Below, in pieces: positions 18,200 through 31,936 of a DNA stretch of 64,000 nucleotides. A program made the translations under genes and the position numbers. The DNA is from an uncultured Actinomycetes bacterium (GTDB lineage Bacteria; Actinomycetota; UBA4738; HRBIN12). Position 1 is the stretch's first letter. Every line of letters starts with the position of its first letter. The notes under the pieces are model-generated. The model saw only the letters and a program-made list of their open reading frames with translations, was not told where the DNA came from and made no database searches. The DNA lies in contig OY969934.1 in NCBI GenBank assembly GCA_963704725.1, positions 608,001 to 672,000 on the forward strand, read 5' to 3'.

Positions 18200-19152
18200 G
18201 GCTTCACCCCTTGCTCCGGGACGGGCAGCCTCGCGACCACCCGCGTGCCCTTGCCGGGCGACGATTGGATGTCCAGCGTTCCGTTCAGCTCTGCGACGCG
18301 GCGACGCATCATCTCGAGGCCGAGGTGACCGGCGTGGAGTCCGGTGGTGGCCGGATGGAAGCCACAGCCCCCGTCCTCGACCGAGACCTCGACGCCGTCC
18401 TCAGCGGCCAGGACCTTGACGGCCACCGCCGTCGAGGATGCGTGCTTCGCGGCGTTGGCGACGCTCTCGCGGATGACCGAGGACACGACGTCGAGCACGG
18501 GCTTGGGAAGGACCCGCACGTCGCCCTCGATGGACCAGCTCGCCGGCAGCTGCCAGCGTTGGATCACGCCCTGGATCAGCTCCTCGAGGGTCTGCGAGGA
18601 TCCTCCACCCTGGGTGGAGAGGCTTGCCAGCACGGCCCGGATCTCGCCCAGCGCCGTGCGCAGCTCGCCCGCGGCGGTGTTCAGCGCCTCGACGGCCTCG
18701 GCGGGCTCGACCTCGGCCCGGCGGGCGTGCCACTCGAGCTCCAGGATCGACGCGGTCACGACCTGCGTGAGGCCGTCGTGGATCGCGTAGGCCAGCCGGG
18801 TGCGCTCGCGCTGGATCGGGTCCTCGGGGGCGACGCCGCCGAGCTGGATCTCCTCCTCGGCGCTCTCTTCGGTCGCGAGCGAGGACAACATCGCCGTGAG
18901 CGCCGAGACGGATCGTCCGGGCGTCCCTTCGGTGAGGTGGGCGAAGACCAGGTCGTCGCCCCGGGGGAACGCGATCCAGCCCGAGGCGGACCCATCCAGG
19001 ATCCGCTCGAGCGGCACCACCTCCGTGCCGGGCGTCGCCCACCACGACACGCGTCGACGCTCTCCGTCGGCGCGCACCACGCCCACCGCATCAAGGTTCA
19101 GGAGCTCCGCCAAGCGGCGGCACTCGTCGGCGTCCGACGACTGGGTCCTCAT
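18196..19152 (-). CDS. Cytoplasmic HisKA_3 (NarX-type) sensor histidine kinase
   Basis: ERTRLAYAIHDGLTQ, RESVANAAKHA, VEDGGCGF, GHLGL.MMRRR and PGKGTRV. No TM segment. Start may instead be GTG at 19170. Confidence 0.88.
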   Translation of the reverse strand: MRTQSSDADECRRLAELLNLDAVGVVRADGERRRVSWWATPGTEVVPLERILDGSASGWIAFPRGDDLVFAHLTEGTPGRSVSALTAMLSSLATEESAEEEIQLGGVAPEDPIQRERTRLAYAIHDGLTQVVTASILELEWHARRAEVEPAEAVEALNTAAGELRTALGEIRAVLASLSTQGGGSSQTLEELIQGVIQRWQLPASWSIEGDVRVLPKPVLDVVSSVIRESVANAAKHASSTAVAVKVLAAEDGVEVSVEDGGCGFHPATTGLHAGHLGLEMMRRRVAELNGTLDIQSSPGKGTRVVARLPVPEQGVKP

Positions 19153-19427
19153 CGTCGCAGTCGCGTCCACGTTCCTCCCACGCCCTCGTCCGGTCGCCGG
19201 CCGAGACCGGCTCGCGGCCCTCCGGCGCGGCCACGCCGCGCCGCCTGCCTCTCCGAGGCACCGACCGTCGGGCACCCGCCGCACGGCGGATGCCGTATCC
19301 GTTCGGTCTAGTGCTTCTTTCGGTCGGTTGGGGGCGTGGCTTGATACCCGCGGCTGGGTGGGGGGCGGGCGTGCTCGGGCCGGGCGTGGCCGAGCCGGAG
19401 GAGCCGGGCCGCCGGGGGCCGATCGGC

Positions 19428-21434
19428 CTAGGCGGAGCCCGGCCCGCCGCCGACGGATCGCGCCACGAGCTGCGCGAGGTCCAGGACCGAGGTTTCGTCC
19501 CCCCGGGCCCTGGCGCCGTCGTCCAGCATGATCAGGCAGTACGGACAGGCCACGCCCACGGTGTCGGCCCCGGTCGAGGCGGCCTCGTCCATGCGCTCCT
19601 GGTTGATCCGCTTGCCGATCCGCTCCTCCATCCACATCCGGGCGCCCCCCGCTCCACAGCAGAGCCCTCGTTCGGCGTGCCGTGGCATCTCCACGACCTC
19701 CACCCCGGGGACCGACTCGAGCGCCCGGCGGGGCTCGCGGTAGACGCCGTTGTGCCGTCCGAGGTAGCAGGGGTCGTGGTAGGCGACGGTGGCGGGCACG
19801 CGACCGCTCGGACGGAGCCGGCCCTCGGCGAGCAGGTGAGCGATGAGCTGGGAGTGGTGGATCACGTCGTAGGAGCCGCCGTAGTCCGGGTACTCGTTCC
19901 GCAGCGTGTTGAAGCAATGGGGGCAGTTGGCGATCACGGTGGTGACCCCCGCGTCGTTCAGGGTCTCGACGTTGCGCTCGGCGAGGGTCTGGAAGAGATA
20001 CTCGTGGCCCATCCGGCGGGCAGGGTCGCCGGTGCAGAGCTCGCGCGGCCCGAGCACCGCGAAGGAGACGCCGGCGCGCTGCAGGACCTGGACCACCGCG
20101 CGGGAGATCGCCTTGGCGCGATCGTCGAACGCCCCCGCGCAGCCCACCCAATAGAGGTACTCGGGAGCCCGCTCACCCGCGCCCACCACGCGCACGCCGA
20201 GGCCCTCGGCCCAGTCCGCGCGCGTGGACTGCGGCAACCCCCACGGGTTGCTGGTGTTCTCGAGGTTCCGAAGCAGCGCGCCCGCCTCCGGGGGGAATCG
20301 TGACTCCGCCATCACCAGGTTCCGTCGGAGGTCGACGATCGTGTCGACGTGCTCGATGTCGACGGGGCACTCCTGCATGCAGGCGCCGCACGTCGTGCAC
20401 GCCCACACCGCCTCGTCGTCCACGACGTCGGGCACGAGCGCCGGGGCCTCCGCCTCTGCGCCCCCCTCGAGCAGGCGGGGACCCTCGTCGAGGAGGTGGT
20501 CCCGCAGGTTCATCACCAGGAGCTTCGGCGACAGCGGCTTGCCGGTGTTCCATGCGGGGCAGGCGGACTGGCAGCGCCCGCACTCCGTGCAGGCGTACAG
20601 GTCGAGGCTCTCCTTCCACGTGAGGTCGCGCACCGTCCCCGCCCCGAGGACGACGTCCGCGTCGGCCGCCTCGAGGTCGATCCGTAGCGGCGTGAGCCGT
20701 CCTCGAGGCTTCGTGCTCCCGAAGAACACGTTGATCGCGCTCGTCGCGATGTGCAGGTGCTTGGAGTACCCCAGGTAGACGAGGAAGCCGAGGATCAGCG
20801 CGATGTGGACCCAGATCAGGGTCCACATCGAGAGGCGGAGCCACCCCGGAGACATCCACCCGAAGAGCTTCGACGAGGCTGTGGAGACCGGGGTCCACCA
20901 CCGATCCGGGTCCAGGGCGAGCGCGATCCGCGACCCCCGGGCGAGGAACAGGGTGACGATGATCCACAGGATGAGGCCCAGGATCCGGTAGGCATCCAGG
21001 CCGTGGCTCCCGACGAACCGCTCGGGGCGGCGGCCGAGCCGGATCGCGACCGCCATCGCCAGACCCACCAGCACCCCGGCCGCGAACACGTCCTGCCCGA
21101 GGCCGAGCCACGCCGTCCCGCCGATCCAGGGGAGGCGGAAGTCGGGGTCGATCGCCTGACCCCCCACCTCGATGATCGTCGTCAGCAGCACGAGGAAGCC
21201 CCAGAAGATCAGAGCGTGCATGAGACCGGGCACGAACCGCTGGAAGAGCTTCCGCTGTCCGAGGACCCGCGCCCCCTCCCGGGCTACGCGCGTGGAAAGG
21301 TCTCCGCTCCGATCCGACGGCCGGCCCATCCGAACGAGCCGCGTGAGGAGCCGGGCGCGCCGGGTGGCCAGGACGCCGGAGACGACGACCAGCGCGACCA
21401 GCGCGGCGGCGCGAAGGAGCATGAGCGCGAGCAT
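19428..21434 (-). CDS. Membrane Fe-S oxidoreductase, FadF/HdrD-like (TM domain + 2x4Fe-4S + CCG domains)
   Basis: CTECGRCQSACP, CTTCGACMQECP, YWVGC, CPHC, YHDPCYLGR, CCGAGG and ACPYC. Confidence 0.92.
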   Translation of the reverse strand: MLALMLLRAAALVALVVVSGVLATRRARLLTRLVRMGRPSDRSGDLSTRVAREGARVLGQRKLFQRFVPGLMHALIFWGFLVLLTTIIEVGGQAIDPDFRLPWIGGTAWLGLGQDVFAAGVLVGLAMAVAIRLGRRPERFVGSHGLDAYRILGLILWIIVTLFLARGSRIALALDPDRWWTPVSTASSKLFGWMSPGWLRLSMWTLIWVHIALILGFLVYLGYSKHLHIATSAINVFFGSTKPRGRLTPLRIDLEAADADVVLGAGTVRDLTWKESLDLYACTECGRCQSACPAWNTGKPLSPKLLVMNLRDHLLDEGPRLLEGGAEAEAPALVPDVVDDEAVWACTTCGACMQECPVDIEHVDTIVDLRRNLVMAESRFPPEAGALLRNLENTSNPWGLPQSTRADWAEGLGVRVVGAGERAPEYLYWVGCAGAFDDRAKAISRAVVQVLQRAGVSFAVLGPRELCTGDPARRMGHEYLFQTLAERNVETLNDAGVTTVIANCPHCFNTLRNEYPDYGGSYDVIHHSQLIAHLLAEGRLRPSGRVPATVAYHDPCYLGRHNGVYREPRRALESVPGVEVVEMPRHAERGLCCGAGGARMWMEERIGKRINQERMDEAASTGADTVGVACPYCLIMLDDGARARGDETSVLDLAQLVARSVGGGPGSA

Positions 21435-21493
21435 ACCGATGGGAGCCTTCGGCCGGGTCCTGTCGTCGGACCGCGCCTCGGAGCATCATCACG

Positions 21494-22453
21494 ATGGGAG
21501 CGCGACCGGTCGACGAGAAGGAGACGCCCGTGCAGGAGCGCGCCGAAACGCCCGCCGCTCGTCTGATCACCGAGGTCGCCGGGTACGTGGGAGCCACCGC
21601 CGCGCTCGTCTCGGCGTTCGCCTTCCTCGCGCTCATCGAGGCCGACGAGACGGGGGTGTTCGCAGCCTTCGCCGCCGCGACCGGGGTCCTCGTGGGCGGC
21701 GGATTCCTGATCGGCCGGACCTCCGTCGACGCCTACCAGCGGCTGCGCAGCGTCCTGTGGTTCGGGTCCGTGTTCGCGCTCAGCCTGGCCCTCGAGGCGC
21801 TGTTCGTCGGCGTGCTCGACCTGGTGGACGATCAGTCGAGCGCCCAGACCGTGACCCTGCTCACGGGCGCGGTCGTGGCGGTGTCGGCGTTCTTCTTGTG
21901 GCTCCGGTCGCAGCGGGCCCTGCAGCTGCTGGCGCTGCACCTGGCCCTGCTCGGCGTGGTGACGGCGATCGTCTACACGACCGCCGACCCCCTCACCGGT
22001 CCCGGCGGCGGGGTGGTCGGCGTCGTCCTGTGGCTGTTCGGGGTGGTCTGGATCGGGGTCTCGGCCGGCGGCCTCGCCCCGGCCCCCGTCCAGACGGCCC
22101 TGGTGCTCGGCGGGCTCACGGCGCTGGCCGGTCCCTACGCGGCCGCCGCGCCGTCGGATCTCGGGTATCCGGTCTCCCTCGGCGGCGCGGACCTGTGGTC
22201 GTTGGCCACGGCGGTCGGGTTGCTGTGGCTGGGGACGACGCGAGGGTTGCGGGGCCTCCAGGGTGTCGCCATCGCGGGGGTCCTCGTGGGCACCGGGACG
22301 ATCCTCACGGACCTGGTGAGCACGAAGGCGACCGCGGCCGTCGCCCTGGTGATCGGAGCGGCCCTGCTCGCCGCGGCGCTCGTGCAGATCCGTCACCTCG
22401 CCGGGCAGCAGGTGCCCACCCCGCCCCTCCTGCCGCCACCGCCGCCGGCCTGA
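21494..22453 (+). CDS. Polytopic membrane protein (DUF2157-like)
   Basis: Many TM segments, N-terminal [10 protein letters not shown] and a Pro-rich C-terminus. Family assignment tentative. Confidence 0.65.
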   Translation: MGARPVDEKETPVQERAETPAARLITEVAGYVGATAALVSAFAFLALIEADETGVFAAFAAATGVLVGGGFLIGRTSVDAYQRLRSVLWFGSVFALSLALEALFVGVLDLVDDQSSAQTVTLLTGAVVAVSAFFLWLRSQRALQLLALHLALLGVVTAIVYTTADPLTGPGGGVVGVVLWLFGVVWIGVSAGGLAPAPVQTALVLGGLTALAGPYAAAAPSDLGYPVSLGGADLWSLATAVGLLWLGTTRGLRGLQGVAIAGVLVGTGTILTDLVSTKATAAVALVIGAALLAAALVQIRHLAGQQVPTPPLLPPPPPA

Positions 22454-22496
22454 TCCACGATCCGGCCCTGCGGAACATGCCGTCACCGGCGCGAAA

Positions 22497-22526
22497 GTTG
22501 ACAGTTGTACGCTCAAGTTCCATTAT
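22497..22526 (+). promoter_or_regulatory. HAIR operator (HspR site) overlapping a sigma70-type promoter of the dnaK operon
   Basis: GTTGACA-N7-GCTCAAG (22497-22517) against consensus CTTGAGT-N7-ACTCAAG. -35 TTGACA 22498-22503, 17-bp spacer, -10 CATTAT 22521-22526. Confidence 0.85.
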
Positions 22527-22574
22527 GCATATGCACTGAGAGAAGCCACCAGCAAAGCAGTCAGGAGGGATCAC

Positions 22575-24437
22575 ATGCCACGAGCCGTGGGGATCGACCT
22601 CGGGACGACCAACTCCGTGGTCGCCGTGCTAGAGGCCGGCGAACCGGTCGTCATCCCGAACGCCGAGGGGGCGCGGACCACACCCTCGGTCATCGGGTTC
22701 ACCAAGAGCGGGGAGATCCTGGTGGGCGAGGTCGCCAAGCGCCAGGCCATCACGAACCCCGACCGCACCGTCCGCTCGGTGAAGCGCCACATGGGGGCCA
22801 AGGACTGGGGTCTGGACGTCGACGGCAAGCGATGGACGCCGCAGGAGGTCTCCGCCCAGATCCTGGCCAAGCTCAAGCGCGACGCCGAGGCCTACCTGGG
22901 CGACACCGTGACGCAGGCGGTGGTCACCGTGCCCGCGTACTTCGACGACTCCCAGCGGCAGGCCACCAAGGAGGCCGGGCAGATCGCCGGGCTCGAAGTG
23001 CTGCGGATCATCAACGAGCCGACGGCGGCGGCGCTGGCGTACGGGCTCGACAAGCAGCACGACCAGACGATCCTCGTCTTCGACCTGGGCGGTGGCACGT
23101 TCGACGTCTCGCTGCTCGAGATCGGCGAGGGCGTGTTCGAGGTCAAGGCCACGCACGGCGACACGCAGCTCGGCGGCGACGACTGGGACCAGCGCGTCAT
23201 CGACTGGATGGTCAAGGAGTTCAAGAACAACTACGGCATCGATCTGGCCAACGACCGCATGGCCCTGCAGCGGCTGAAGGAGGCGGCGGAGAAGGCCAAG
23301 ATCGAGCTCTCGCAGGTCTCCGAGGCCACGATCAACCTGCCGTTCATCTCGGCCGGCGCCGACGGCCCGTTGCACCTGGAGATGAAGCTCACGCGCAGCG
23401 AGTTCGAGCGCATGACCGAGGACCTCGTGCGGCGCTGCAAGGAGCCGTTCGATCTCGCGGTGAAGGACTGGGGCAAGAGCGTCGACGCGATCGACCACAT
23501 CATCCTGGTCGGCGGCTCCACCCGGATGCCCATGATCCAGGACCTCCTGAAGGAGATCACCGGCGGCAAGGAGGCCCACAAGGGGGTCAACCCCGACGAG
23601 GTGGTGGCGGTCGGGGCGGCGATCCAGGCCGGCGTGCTGAAGGGCGACGTGAAGGACATCCTGCTCCTGGACGTCACGCCCCTCACGCTCGGCGTCGAGA
23701 CCAAGGGCGGCATCATCGCCCGGCTCATCGAGCGCAACACGACGATCCCGACGCGCAAGTCGGAGATGTTCACCACGGCGGACGACGGGCAGACCAACGT
23801 CGAGATCCACGTGCTGCAGGGTGAGGCGGAGACCGTGTACTCGCCGGCCGTGCGTTCGCTCGGCAAGTTCATGCTCACCGGGCTTCCGCCCGCGCCGCGC
23901 GGGATGCCGCAGATCGAGGTCGCCTTCGACATCGACGCGAACGGCATCGTGAACGTCTCGGCGAAGGACATGGCCACCGGCAAGGAGCAGGCCATGACGA
24001 TCACCGGGGGCACGGCCCTGTCCAAGGAGGACATCGATCGCATGGTCGTCGACGCCGAGAAGTTCGCGTCCGAGGATCATGCGCGACGCGAGGCGGCCGA
24101 GACCCGCAACGCCGGTGACCAGCTCGGCTACCAGGTCGACAAGTCACTCGAGGAGTGGGGCGACAAGGTGCCCGAGCCCGATCGCGACGAGCTGAAGAAG
24201 CTGAACGAGGAGCTCAAGGAGGCGCTGAAGGGCGAGGACGTCGAACGGATCAAGGGCAGCACCGATGCCGTGATGCGCAAGTTCCAGAGCATCGGCCAGT
24301 CGATGTACCAGCAGACGCCCGAGGCCCAGCAGGCCGCGGCCGCCGGCGGGGGTGGGTCCACGGCCCCCGGCGGCACCGAGGGCGAGAACGACGTGGTGGA
24401 AGGCGAGATCGTGGACGAAGGAGGAGAGGAACGATGA
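22575..24437 (+). CDS. dnaK: Chaperone DnaK (Hsp70)
   Basis: [35 protein letters not shown] and LLLDVTPL. Confidence 0.99.
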   Translation: MPRAVGIDLGTTNSVVAVLEAGEPVVIPNAEGARTTPSVIGFTKSGEILVGEVAKRQAITNPDRTVRSVKRHMGAKDWGLDVDGKRWTPQEVSAQILAKLKRDAEAYLGDTVTQAVVTVPAYFDDSQRQATKEAGQIAGLEVLRIINEPTAAALAYGLDKQHDQTILVFDLGGGTFDVSLLEIGEGVFEVKATHGDTQLGGDDWDQRVIDWMVKEFKNNYGIDLANDRMALQRLKEAAEKAKIELSQVSEATINLPFISAGADGPLHLEMKLTRSEFERMTEDLVRRCKEPFDLAVKDWGKSVDAIDHIILVGGSTRMPMIQDLLKEITGGKEAHKGVNPDEVVAVGAAIQAGVLKGDVKDILLLDVTPLTLGVETKGGIIARLIERNTTIPTRKSEMFTTADDGQTNVEIHVLQGEAETVYSPAVRSLGKFMLTGLPPAPRGMPQIEVAFDIDANGIVNVSAKDMATGKEQAMTITGGTALSKEDIDRMVVDAEKFASEDHARREAAETRNAGDQLGYQVDKSLEEWGDKVPEPDRDELKKLNEELKEALKGEDVERIKGSTDAVMRKFQSIGQSMYQQTPEAQQAAAAGGGGSTAPGGTEGENDVVEGEIVDEGGEER

Positions 24438-24886
24438 GGGACACACTGGTTCGCTGGGACCCGTTCCGCGACGTGGTCTCGATCCAGGATGAGTTGAACC
24501 GGCTGTTCGGGCGGCCCTTCACCGGGATCGAGCCGCTCCGTCCGTCGGCCACGGGGACGTGGGCGCCGGCGATGGACGTCTTCGAGACCGAGGACAAGAT
24601 CGTGGCGACGCTCGAGCTGCCGGGGATCGACCCGGAGGCGGTCGAGGTGTCGGTCGAGGACTCGACGCTCACCGTGACCGGCTCGCGTGCGTTCGCGAAC
24701 GACGTGAAGGAGGACCACTACCACCGCCTGGAGCGGCGGTACGGCTCCTTCTCGCGCTCCGTCACCCTGCCGCAAGTCGCGGACACGGAGAAGGTCGAGG
24801 CCAGGTTCGACAAGGGCGTCCTCACCATCGAGGTGCCCAAGGTCGAGCGGGCCAGGGCCAAGAAGATCCAGGTCAAGGCGGAGTAG
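24434..24886 (+). CDS. Small heat-shock protein (Hsp20/alpha-crystallin)
   Basis: WDPFR..., [29 protein letters not shown] and [13 protein letters not shown] overlap with dnaK. Confidence 0.95.
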   Translation: MRDTLVRWDPFRDVVSIQDELNRLFGRPFTGIEPLRPSATGTWAPAMDVFETEDKIVATLELPGIDPEAVEVSVEDSTLTVTGSRAFANDVKEDHYHRLERRYGSFSRSVTLPQVADTEKVEARFDKGVLTIEVPKVERARAKKIQVKAE

Positions 24887-24892
24887 GAACGG

Positions 24893-25492
24893 ATGACGGA
24901 ACACGACGAGCGCGAGCGCGACGAGGAGCGGCCGAAGGTCCGCGTCGTCGACAAGCGCCGGTTCCGCGAGGGCGAGGCCGCGCCGGTCGATGAGGCCGGC
25001 GCGGCACCCGTCTCGGGGTCGCCGGCCTCGGCGGCCGAGGCACACGACGAGCTGGCGGAGGCGCGCGCGCAGGCGGCGGAGTACCTCGACCACCTGCAGC
25101 GGCTGCAGGCCGAGTTCGAGAACTACCGCAAGCGCATCACCAGGTCGCAGGAGCGCGTGGTCGAGGCCGAGCTGCAGCGGTTCGTGCAGCAGATCCTCGG
25201 CGTCCTCGACGAGTTCGACCTCGCGCTGATCGCGGCCGAGCGGGAGCCGGACTTCGAGAGCTTCCGCAAGGGCGTCGAGCTCGTGTACGCGAAGCTCGCC
25301 GAGACGCTCCGCGCCGAGGGGCTGGAGCGGATCGCGGCGGAGGGCACGACGTTCGACCCCAACGAGCACGAGGCGCTGATGCAGACCGGCGAGGGCGACG
25401 GGGAACCGCACGTCGCCGAGATCTTCCGACAGGGGTACAAGCTGCGGGGCAACGTGATCCGGCCGGCGAGCGTCCGCGTCGAGCGGAAGTGA
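24893..25492 (+). CDS. grpE: Nucleotide exchange factor GrpE
   Basis: [20 protein letters not shown] and GYKL...VIRPA.V.V. Confidence 0.96.
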   Translation: MTEHDERERDEERPKVRVVDKRRFREGEAAPVDEAGAAPVSGSPASAAEAHDELAEARAQAAEYLDHLQRLQAEFENYRKRITRSQERVVEAELQRFVQQILGVLDEFDLALIAAEREPDFESFRKGVELVYAKLAETLRAEGLERIAAEGTTFDPNEHEALMQTGEGDGEPHVAEIFRQGYKLRGNVIRPASVRVERK

Positions 25493-25505
25493 GGTTCGGC
25501 AGACG

Positions 25506-26636
25506 GTGAACGGCGACGTCCGGCGCGAGTGGTTCGAGAAGGACTACTACCAGGTGCTCGGCGTGGCCAAGAACGCGACGGCGGCCGAGATCAAGAAGGC
25601 CTATCGCAAGCTCGCGCAGCAGTTCCATCCGGACGCGAACCCCGGCAACAAGCAGGCCGAGGACCGCTTCAAGGAGATCTCGGCCGCACACGACGTCCTC
25701 GCCGACGAGGCCAAGCGCAAGCAGTACGACGAGGTGCGAGACATGGCGTCCTCGGGGTACGGGGCCGGCGGTTTCCCCGGTGGATTCCCCGGCGGCGGAC
25801 GCGTCCGGTACGAGAACGTGGGCGGGTTCGGGGTGGGGGATCTCGGCGACCTGTTCGGAGGGCTGTTCGGCGGGGGTCGTGCTCGCGGCCGCCCGGCGCG
25901 CGGCACCGATCTGGAGACCGAGGTCGCCGTGCCGTTCGAGGATTCGATGAAGGGCACGACCGTGCCGGTCCGGATCTCCGGCCCCGCTCCGTGCGAGACC
26001 TGTCACGGCTCGGGCGCCGCGCCGGGGACGAGCCCCGTGATCTGCCCCAGGTGCGACGGCGCCGGGCAGATCGCCGTCAACCAGGGTCTGTTCCAGATGT
26101 CGCAGCCGTGCCCTCGGTGCCACGGGTCCGGCCGGATCGTCGAGACGCCCTGTCCAACGTGCGGCGGTACCGGGAGTCAGCGGCGGACGCGGAGCCTGCA
26201 GGTGAAGGTGCCGGCCGGCGTCCGGGACGGCGCGCGGATCCGCTTGGCCGGCCGGGGCGAGCCCGGGCCGGCGGGCGGGCAGGCCGGCGACCTGTTCGTG
26301 CGCGTGCACGTCCGCCCGCACGCCTTCTTCGGCCGGCAGGGGCACGACCTCACGGTCGAGCTGCCGCTCACGTACGCCGAGGCCGCCCTCGGCGCCAACG
26401 TGCAGGTGCCGACGCTCGACGGGCCGGTGACGATGAAGGTGCCGGGCGGCACGCCGGCCGGCAAGACGTTCCGGCTCAAGGGCAAGGGCGCGCCGAAGCG
26501 CGGGGGGCAGGGGGACCTGCTCGTCACCGTCGAGGTCGAGGTCCCGAAGAAGCTCTCGAAGCCGGAGAAGGAGCTGCTGAAGCAGCTCGCGGAGGTGGAG
26601 CGGGAATCGCCCCGACGCCGCCTGGGCGTGGGGTGA
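25506..26636 (+). CDS. dnaJ: Chaperone DnaJ
   Basis: J domain with HPD, G/F-rich region and four CxxCxGxG zinc repeats. Confidence 0.98.
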   Translation: MNGDVRREWFEKDYYQVLGVAKNATAAEIKKAYRKLAQQFHPDANPGNKQAEDRFKEISAAHDVLADEAKRKQYDEVRDMASSGYGAGGFPGGFPGGGRVRYENVGGFGVGDLGDLFGGLFGGGRARGRPARGTDLETEVAVPFEDSMKGTTVPVRISGPAPCETCHGSGAAPGTSPVICPRCDGAGQIAVNQGLFQMSQPCPRCHGSGRIVETPCPTCGGTGSQRRTRSLQVKVPAGVRDGARIRLAGRGEPGPAGGQAGDLFVRVHVRPHAFFGRQGHDLTVELPLTYAEAALGANVQVPTLDGPVTMKVPGGTPAGKTFRLKGKGAPKRGGQGDLLVTVEVEVPKKLSKPEKELLKQLAEVERESPRRRLGVG

Positions 26637-26652
26637 GGGAGCGGAGGTCGAG

Positions 26653-27069
26653 ATGAACCAGGACGCGAGCGGCGGGCGAGGCGGACGGACCGATCCGTCG
26701 GCGCGCGAGCGCGCGGTCTACATCATCAGCGTCGCGGCCGAGTTGGCGGGCGTCCATCCGCAGACGCTTCGGATGTACGAGCGCCGGGGGCTCTTGCAGC
26801 CCCAGCGGACGTCCGGGAACACTCGCCGGTACTCCGAGCGGGACATCGAGCGCATCCGCGCGATCCAGGAGCTCACCCAGCTCGGCGGGATCAGCCTGGC
26901 GGGCGTGAAGCTGTTCATCGAGATGCGTGAGCGGCTCGACGAGATGCAGCGGCGCGCGGCCGAGCTCGAGCGCGAGCTCACGCGCCGGGCGCGCGAACGC
27001 GGCTCGATCGACATCGTGCCGCTTCGCACGGCGATCCGGTTCGCCTGGGAACAGGACGCCTCGTCGTGA
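26653..27069 (+). CDS. hspR: Heat-shock transcriptional repressor HspR (MerR family)
   Basis: VYIISVAAELAGVHPQTLR.YER.GL..P.RT.G..RRYS..DI; follows dnaJ; HAIR site upstream of the operon. Confidence 0.95.
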   Translation: MNQDASGGRGGRTDPSARERAVYIISVAAELAGVHPQTLRMYERRGLLQPQRTSGNTRRYSERDIERIRAIQELTQLGGISLAGVKLFIEMRERLDEMQRRAAELERELTRRARERGSIDIVPLRTAIRFAWEQDASS

Positions 27070-27611
27070 CGGAGCTCCGAGGAGGCAGGATCGTCCTCCG
27101 TGGGTTCCGCCCGGACGAGGTCGCGCTCGCGCTGACCCGCATGTCCCACGGGGCCAGCACCGTCCAGATCGGCGACCCGGCCGAGCGCGAGCGCCGGTTC
27201 CGCGACCGCCTCGAGCGGTCCGGCGCGCGCAACGACTGGGAGGTGCTGTTCGCCATCGAGGCCGGCGGCCGGCTGGTGGGCGACGCGCAGGGTCGCTGCT
27301 CGGATCTCGCGATGCCCCCCGGTGTCTGGGAGATCGGGCTCGAGCTGTGGGACGAGGCCGATCGGGGCCGGGGCCTCGGCGGGGACGCCGTCGAGCTGAT
27401 CACGTCGTACCTGTTCGCCGAGCAGGCGGCGATCCGCGTGCAGGCCTCGACGGACGTCGAGAACGCCGCGATGCGCCGGGTGCTGGACCGCGCCGGCTTC
27501 GGGTTCGAGGGCGTCCTGCGGGGGTTCATGCCGAGCCCCGACGGCCCGCCTCGCGACTACACGATGTATGGCGTGACGATGGCGACGTGGGCGCCGAGGG
27601 GGGACCCGTGA
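27066..27611 (+). CDS. RimJ/RimL-type GNAT N-acetyltransferase
   Basis: [22 protein letters not shown] and TDVEN.AMRRVL.RAGF.FEGVLR. GTGA overlap with hspR. Confidence 0.88.
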   Translation: MTELRGGRIVLRGFRPDEVALALTRMSHGASTVQIGDPAERERRFRDRLERSGARNDWEVLFAIEAGGRLVGDAQGRCSDLAMPPGVWEIGLELWDEADRGRGLGGDAVELITSYLFAEQAAIRVQASTDVENAAMRRVLDRAGFGFEGVLRGFMPSPDGPPRDYTMYGVTMATWAPRGDP

Positions 27612-28134
27612 CCGAGATCGCCGGCGAGCGGGTCCGCCTGCGAGCCTTTCGCCGCGACGAGCACGACGCGTTCGTCGCCGCGCGGATGGCTGCGGGCGAG
27701 GGGGTCGCGGTCGCGTCCCCGTCCGAGGAGGAGCTTCGGCGTCGGGTCGAGGGGTCCGGCGAGCTGACCGACAAGGGCCTCCTGCTCGCCATCGACGTCG
27801 ACGGTCGCGCCGTGGGCGAGATCCAGGCCTATCGGGCCGGCCTTCCCGACGGTGTGTTCGGGATCGGGATCGGGCTGTTCGACGAGGCCGATCGCGGTCG
27901 CGGCGTGGGGACCGAGGCCACGTCGATGCTCACGCGCTACGCGTTCGCGGAGCTCGGGGCGCGGCGCGTCGAGGCCGGGACGCACGTCGGCAACGCCCCG
28001 ATGATCGGCGTGCTCGAGCGGCTCGGGTTCGTGCGAGAGGGCGTCCTTCGCCGCTTCTTCCCCAGCAGGGACGGCGGCATGGACTGTGCGATCTACGCGA
28101 TGACGACCGAGGACTGGGAGAACGTGAGGGAACG

Positions 28135-28153
<19 letters not shown>
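27608..28153 (+). CDS. RimJ/RimL-type GNAT N-acetyltransferase (tandem paralog)
   Basis: [23 protein letters not shown] and [26 protein letters not shown] overlap with the previous gene; overlaps the clpB start. Confidence 0.88.
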
Positions 28154-30723
<2,570 letters not shown>

Positions 30724-30754
30724 GCCGGGCCCGGTCCCTTCCTATACTCGGGCG

Positions 30755-31486
30755 ATGGAGCACCTCTGGCCGCGCGCGATCGCGGTGGGGGTCGGAGCGA
30801 TCGTGGCGGCCCTGCTCCTGAAGGTCGCCCCGCCGCTCGTGGTGCTCGCCGTGTTCGTGGCCGGGTTCGCCGTCTTCTACGTGCGCCTCACCCGCGCCAT
30901 GCGTCCGGCCACGATCGCGGACGCCGAGGCCACCGGGCTGGAGCGCGCCGAGACCGATCCCTTCGGGATCCTCGGCTACCCGCTCCTGCTTCTGTCCCGG
31001 GTGGTCGAGCCGGCGATCGACGAGGTCGTGTGGGGACGCTGGCGCGGCATCGACGTTCACGCGTTCGCGCTGTCGTTCGGCGCCGCGGCGATCGACGGGG
31101 CCGCCCCGGCGCGGACGGTGTTCTCGTGCGCCATGGCCAGGATCCCGTCCCCGGCCCCGGCGGTCGTCGTCGAGCCGCAGCTGTTCGCGACGTCGCTCGC
31201 GGCGCCGGACCTGGAACGGATCGATCTCGGGGACGACCCGTTCGAGGAGGCGATGCGCATCTGGTCGCGGGACGAGGCGTTCGCCCGAGCCCTGCTCGTC
31301 CCGGCCACCCGCGAATGGCTGCGATCGGCCGAGCCGGCATGGGGGCTGGAGGTCCGAGGGAACATCGCCCTGGTCTACGGGCCGAAGGCTCAGGGCCCGG
31401 ACGTCACGCCGACGCTGGAGACGCTCCGAGGCCTGCTGGCCCGGCTCCCCAAGGACGAGGGTGTTCCGCACCCGCCTGCCGTTTGA
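30755..31486 (+). CDS. Membrane-anchored hypothetical protein (similar to 32808..33491)
   Basis: TATACT lies 6 nt before ATG 30755. Two N-terminal TM; VVWGRW, FSCA and F.R....EWL blocks shared with the downstream paralog. Confidence 0.75.
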   Translation: MEHLWPRAIAVGVGAIVAALLLKVAPPLVVLAVFVAGFAVFYVRLTRAMRPATIADAEATGLERAETDPFGILGYPLLLLSRVVEPAIDEVVWGRWRGIDVHAFALSFGAAAIDGAAPARTVFSCAMARIPSPAPAVVVEPQLFATSLAAPDLERIDLGDDPFEEAMRIWSRDEAFARALLVPATREWLRSAEPAWGLEVRGNIALVYGPKAQGPDVTPTLETLRGLLARLPKDEGVPHPPAV

Positions 31487-31519
31487 GGAAAGCGAACCTG
31501 GCGTCGTAGCGTGATGCCG

Positions 31520-31936
31520 ATGGCGTGGACCGAACCCCCGCGGACCGACCCGGAGACGCCTCGGCTCCTACGTCGCAGCCGCGCCAACCGCATGATCGGC
31601 GGTGTCTGCGGCGGGCTCGGCCGGTACCTCGGCGTGGATCCGGTGCTCCTGCGCGTGGCGTTCGTCGTGCTCGCGATCGCCGGGGGCGGAGGTGTCCTGC
31701 TGTACCTCGTCTCGTGGGTCCTGATCCCCGAGGAGCGTCCGGGAGAGCCGCTCGGCACCGAGCGGCCGTCGGTCGTCGACACCACCCGGCTCATCGTGGG
31801 CGGGGCGTTCATCGCGGTCGGGACGATCCTGCTCCTGAACCTCACGTTCCCCCGTCTCGGCCGCTTCTTCTGGCCGCTGGCGCTCATCGCGGTCGGCGTC
31901 GCCATCGTCGTGCAGACGTCCACGTCGCGACGATGA
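31520..31936 (+). CDS. PspC-domain membrane protein
   Basis: LRRSRANRMIGGVCGGLGRYLGVDPVLLRVAFV...LYLVSWVLIPEE. Confidence 0.92.
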   Translation: MAWTEPPRTDPETPRLLRRSRANRMIGGVCGGLGRYLGVDPVLLRVAFVVLAIAGGGGVLLYLVSWVLIPEERPGEPLGTERPSVVDTTRLIVGGAFIAVGTILLLNLTFPRLGRFFWPLALIAVGVAIVVQTSTSRR

